NCBI GenBank assembly: GCA_051362555.1
Contig: CM120644.1
Location: 7,448,954 to 7,512,953, forward strand
Direction: 5' to 3'
Length of the DNA stretch: 64,000 nucleotides
DNA from: Lingula anatina
Taxonomy: Eukaryota > Animalia > Brachiopoda
The notes beneath the pieces are model-generated. The model was not told the DNA's origin. It ran no database searches and saw nothing but the letters and a program-made list of their open reading frames with translations. The position numbers and the translations under genes are program-made. This document shows positions 59,338 through 64,000 of the stretch, one piece after another (the first letter of the stretch is position 1; every line of letters starts with the position of its first letter).

Positions 59338-61716
59338 ATGAGTTATTACATGACCTCTGGTTCCAGGGTCTTTTTCCACTACAACAGACGTTACAGAGTA
59401 GGCGTGTATTGCAAAACAATCTGTCTGTTTCTTTTAGCCTTCTTCTCCGTTCATTTTTACCTCTTTAAAAGCATGATGAACCAGGAGAATGTAAGCCGCG
59501 AGAAGTTCAGGATGGAGAGAGATGTTGGGCAAAGACTTGTAATAAACATGAAACAATTGTCAAGTGCTGCCATAAAAACTCCAAACGAGCCCTTTCTGGA
59601 CATGTCAAACGATTCCCGTTACACGACTTCTTCTGGCACCATTTTAGGTTCGGCTGTTTTGACATTGGCTAGTCAAAAATCCACCAATGGGGATTTCACA
59701 GAATTTACCCAAGCGACGTCGACTCAAATACTTTCAAAAGAGTTACCGTCGCCACTACAATGGGACAGAATAAAAATGTTGAAAAGTAGTGGGTTCTATT
59801 CTTTCAACGCAACATCCAGCGATCTCAAACCTCTGAACAGACCCGTGCCGGACACAAGACCAGACGCGTGCAAGAAAGTCTATTACGACATTGATCGTCT
59901 GCTGAACGTCAGCGTCATCATCCCAAGTCACAACGAGGCTTGGTCGACGCTACTCAGGACATTTCACTCGGTGCTCAAGCGCACTCCAATACAACTCCTG
60001 GTAGAGATACTGATAATAGATGATGCGAGCACGTATCCATATTTACGCCAGCCACTGACGGACTATATCAGCAAGTTTCCGAAGGTGAAACTAGTGAGGA
60101 TGCCAGAGAGGGTAGGACTGATCCGCGCCCGTCTCCATGGGGCAAAGTTGGCTCGTGGAAGCGTGCTGTTCTTCATGGATTCCCATACTGAAGTAAACCA
60201 CGGCTGGATAGAGCCTGTTCTGGCCAGAATACAGGCCAAGAGGGATGCAGTGATAATCCCGACCATAGACATTATCAATTGGCAAACTTTCAGGTACACG
60301 TCCTCAAGGGGGATATTCCACGGGTACTTCAACTGGGACCTGATATTTGCATGGAAGAGAATCCCGGAGTCCGTTTTAAAAACGACTAAGTCCCCAATCG
60401 ACCCCATCCCAACGCCGGCCATGGTAGGATGTGCCTATGGTATCGACAGGAAATATTTCTTCGAGCTCGGAGCGTATGACGAAGCGATGGAAATATGGGG
60501 TGGAGAAAACGTGGAGCATTCTCTCCGAATATGGATGTGCGGGGGTTCCCTCGAGACGCTCCCGTGTTCACGTGTTGGGCACGTGTTCAAACCCAAACTC
60601 CCGTACTCCTTTGCCGGTGATAACCCAATAAAAGTGATCATGCGAAATATGATTCGTGTCGCCGAGGTTTGGATGGACGAATACAAAGACATCTACTACG
60701 CCACGTTCACTGGAGATCTTGAGCCAGTGGATCTAGGAGCCCTGGATGAACGAAAAGCCCTCAGACGGGCTTTAAAGTGTAAGTCCTTTGATTGGTACTT
60801 GAAAACTGTCATGTCAGATGTCCCAGTACCTGTCAAAGGTGACCAGCAATTCGGGCATCTCTTGCACTACTGGTCAGATGATCTGTGTGTCCAATGCAAT
60901 GGTCAAGGGGTGGATTTCACCATGACCGATTGTTCCGACCAACCAGCCAGTGCAAAAGGTTTTCATATCAACAAAATGGGTAAATTCATGTTTTACAGCA
61001 TGTGCTTTTCCGTGAATAAACACGGAAAGCTTCATTTAGGACAATCATGTAATGAGTCAGATTCCGATTGGGTGTATGACGACTACCTTATCAAGAACAC
61101 TGCACGAAATCTTTGCCTGACCCACCGCAGCCACCACGGTATATTCTTAGAGCAATGTAACTACCTTGACAAAGCCCAGAAATGGTCGTTTAAGTATAAT
61201 TTTGACTGGCGCCCAAGGCCGTCTATAGAGAAAGTGGTGAAGTCATTTATGACCAAACCCTCAAGTGCTGTTCATTTTGGTCAACTAAAGAACATTGGCA
61301 GTGGAAATTGCCTGTGGTCGTCAAAAGGGGAAAGACCGTTAATAAAACACTGTAAAGGACAGCCTCTTTACGACCATATTATACACCTGGACAAGGACGG
61401 GACACTACGATTTAGAAATGTGTGTTTAATGATTCTTAAAGTTGATTCTAAACGATATTTCCACGCCATCATGGCGGATGCTACTAATAATACTGGCTGC
61501 ACTGTTCTGAAGAGTGAGAACTCCCACTGTGTCGCAACTAACGCAATATCACAATGCACAACTCAGCTCGTTCATGTTGAATCCAGACTCTGCCTTCAAG
61601 AGAGCGTGGATGTCAACCACATCACTTTGGCTCCTTGCCAAAAAGAGTTCAAGTTTCAGATGTGGGAATTCCGCCATCAACTCAAACATGACAATAGAAA
61701 CTTGAACAGCATCTAG
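59338..61716 (+). CDS. Polypeptide N-acetylgalactosaminyltransferase (GT27), single-exon CDS, two ricin-B lectin domains, about 792 aa
   Basis: Uninterrupted ORF from the first ATG at 59338. TM ICLFLLAFFSVHFYLF. Catalytic motifs VSVIIPSHNEAWSTLLRT, EILIIDDAS, GLIRARLHGA, FMDSH (DxH), WGGENVEHS, WMCGGSLETLPCSRVGHVF and CKSFDWYL. Two beta-trefoil repeats end in QKW and QMW. Confidence 0.95.
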   Translation: MSYYMTSGSRVFFHYNRRYRVGVYCKTICLFLLAFFSVHFYLFKSMMNQENVSREKFRMERDVGQRLVINMKQLSSAAIKTPNEPFLDMSNDSRYTTSSGTILGSAVLTLASQKSTNGDFTEFTQATSTQILSKELPSPLQWDRIKMLKSSGFYSFNATSSDLKPLNRPVPDTRPDACKKVYYDIDRLLNVSVIIPSHNEAWSTLLRTFHSVLKRTPIQLLVEILIIDDASTYPYLRQPLTDYISKFPKVKLVRMPERVGLIRARLHGAKLARGSVLFFMDSHTEVNHGWIEPVLARIQAKRDAVIIPTIDIINWQTFRYTSSRGIFHGYFNWDLIFAWKRIPESVLKTTKSPIDPIPTPAMVGCAYGIDRKYFFELGAYDEAMEIWGGENVEHSLRIWMCGGSLETLPCSRVGHVFKPKLPYSFAGDNPIKVIMRNMIRVAEVWMDEYKDIYYATFTGDLEPVDLGALDERKALRRALKCKSFDWYLKTVMSDVPVPVKGDQQFGHLLHYWSDDLCVQCNGQGVDFTMTDCSDQPASAKGFHINKMGKFMFYSMCFSVNKHGKLHLGQSCNESDSDWVYDDYLIKNTARNLCLTHRSHHGIFLEQCNYLDKAQKWSFKYNFDWRPRPSIEKVVKSFMTKPSSAVHFGQLKNIGSGNCLWSSKGERPLIKHCKGQPLYDHIIHLDKDGTLRFRNVCLMILKVDSKRYFHAIMADATNNTGCTVLKSENSHCVATNAISQCTTQLVHVESRLCLQESVDVNHITLAPCQKEFKFQMWEFRHQLKHDNRNLNSI

Positions 61717-62794
61717 TTTTTTAAAAAAAATATTTCAAAAATGTGACAGCTTTAACAACCGGATATGCTGGGGCATTTGAGATTAGGCCTATGGTGCACT
61801 TTTTTTTATTTTGTAATAATACTATTTATCGCAGCATGAAAATTTAGCAGGCCTTTTTTTTTTGTACAATACCTAAATCAGCCAGATAACTGTGTTGATA
61901 CTCAATATAAGTGTAATTAATGGTTGACCTTTTTAATGCGGTTGAACTCTTTGATCTCCAGGCATTTCATGGTAATAGGCCCCTATTGATGAATATTTTT
62001 ATATTGGCCCCGCTCACCGACACGTAAAGATTATAAATATAAACGTAACAACTGTGAACGAAAGCGTATAGTCGACATTACAAGATATTTACATATCTGA
62101 TTCTTGTAGTAGTATAACAAAATTATGGATTCTTTTTTTTCTTCTCCCCAACCTGTCATTTCGCTTGATGAATACTTCATAATGTCTCACGCACATCCGC
62201 CTTCCATAATCTTGGTGAATTAGGCAAAATAGGATGGATGAAGGGTTCACATTTTTACGTTCCCGCATCGGTACTCCCCAACGTCGTTACACCCATTGGC
62301 AAAATTATGATATAACCTGCATCAGTTCTCCCCGGCGCCATTATTACTCCCTCATCGGTTTTTGTATAACGTTTTGAAAAATTGGTAGGGCTGTGATGAT
62401 GCGGATTTGTAACAGTACTGAGAAGTTTTGTAAGCAGGTGCTTCAATTGTTATTTGGAACAACTAAAGCAATTTGTCGCACCACGGTTTGACTTGGCTAG
62501 CTCATTGCCGTGGATGAGACGAATCACATCTACCGCATTCATATACATGATGACACGTACGCATTCCGTATATGAATGCGGTGGATGTAACAAATCACAT
62601 CTACCGCACTCACATACATTACGACACGTGCGCATTCCGTATCACATGCACTGGGTTCTCCTTTTCTACTCTGACGAATGAGATGATGGTTGAGGATATA
62701 AGATTTCATAGTGGATCGTAATTAACGAAGAGTGGATAATAACAAATGAAAAACGGAATTTGAATAGTGATAGGCATAATATTTAATGCAACTG

Positions 62795-62827
<33 letters not shown>

Positions 62828-64000
62828 GTTTGACAGGTAGCCTATATACATGTATTAACAATAAGATCATAAAAGATTTAAACATTATGTGATGTCAGCA
62901 AGACAACTGCCAAATGTAGCTCATGTGCAAATAGTTTCTCTTCAAAAGAAGAAAGGTTGTCAAATTCCATCACTGTTAGCAAATACACTTACCTGATAAG
63001 ATGTAATAAAATTCTTTGCTGTTTTGTCAAATCTAGGACCTAAATCGCGTTAGCATAAACTGAAACAATTACCAATCTAGATAGAATAAAGATGTTTTAG
63101 GAAAACAATACTGTTTTCTTAGTGCAATTCGACGTCAGAAAAAGGGGGGTTCATTTGTGTTGTTTATAGGGTATAAGAAAAAATGGAAATCTGGATCGAA
63201 TGAAGACGTTTAAATTTAGATGTTTATTAGGTTTGTCCTCAGTGGTAGTTCACACCAAACAATAATGAGATATTTCAATGTTTCATTTCTAGATGAAAGA
63301 AAAAAAGGAAATTTCCCGTTTTCGGATCGAAGAAAAAAAGGAGTAAATGATTTTTTTTCATACAGTGCGAAAGTATAAAACACAACATTTATTATAGACA
63401 CCGACCTTCTCTGTGAATGGTGTCTGTATAAAATTTGTAAAATATCTACAAATCGGAATAAGAAAAATAGGCGATTAATAGAATTTTTATTTGTGTTCAT
63501 ATTTTCATTAAATGGGGAGAAATTCAATCTTAGGTGACAGAAGAGAATACATGTAGTTACTACTGTAGGTGCTAAGTGATAACCATGTTGTCGAACACTG
63601 TATCCATAGAAGAGGGTTATAGGCCTACAGATCAGTCCTCCAACACTGGTCCTTAAGTAGGAAGCAACGGAGATAATGATGTGATTTTTTCTTCAGTCAA
63701 CAGTTAATATTGAGTTTTTACCTCCAGTACTAAGTATGGAAAAGAAAGCAACGGAGAGCTTTTACATGTATATACACGTATATGTATAAAGCACAGCAGT
63801 ATGTCATTATCAAAGCTGCACAATTACACCGATAACGGCTACAAGTCGAAGAAATGTATAAATATTGATAAAAATGAAGATACTTATAAGGCTGAAAATC
63901 ACGGCGTAGTTACTGTTAAGTGACGAAGGAAGACTCAATTCGATACTTTTCGCACCAAGTCAAAAGTATCAAAAGAGACGACATTTTAAAAAGGGCGATA

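Overview
This is eukaryotic, AT-rich, intron-containing animal DNA; the gene and repeat content suggests an invertebrate, possibly a mollusc (inference). Five protein-coding genes can be built from splice sites and recognisable motifs. (1) The 3' part of an Epac/RAPGEF4-type cAMP-GEF (+, <1-6518), which contains a minor-spliceosome AT-AC intron at 919-1354. (2) A DBF4/Chiffon-like Cdc7 activator (-, 14782-23859) predicted at about 1666 aa, with a ~1300-aa extension carrying a LEDGF/TND-binding FxGF motif. (3) Head-to-head with it, a type II membrane prolyl-4-hydroxylase-like 2OG-Fe(II) dioxygenase (+, 24697-28334). (4) A GLCCI1/FAM117-family gene (-, 32275-54258). (5) A polypeptide GalNAc-transferase with an intronless CDS and two tandem ricin-type lectin domains (+, 59338-61716). 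Non-coding space holds many non-autonomous DNA transposons: a 2.7-kb TAG...CTA fold-back element with an internal ~175-bp repeat array, Helentron-like HINEs, Harbinger-like MITEs and a hAT-like element with a 5-bp TSD. A 37-bp x12 minisatellite is also present. No rRNA, tRNA or CRISPR array was found. Homology calls come from remembered protein motifs, not from database searches.
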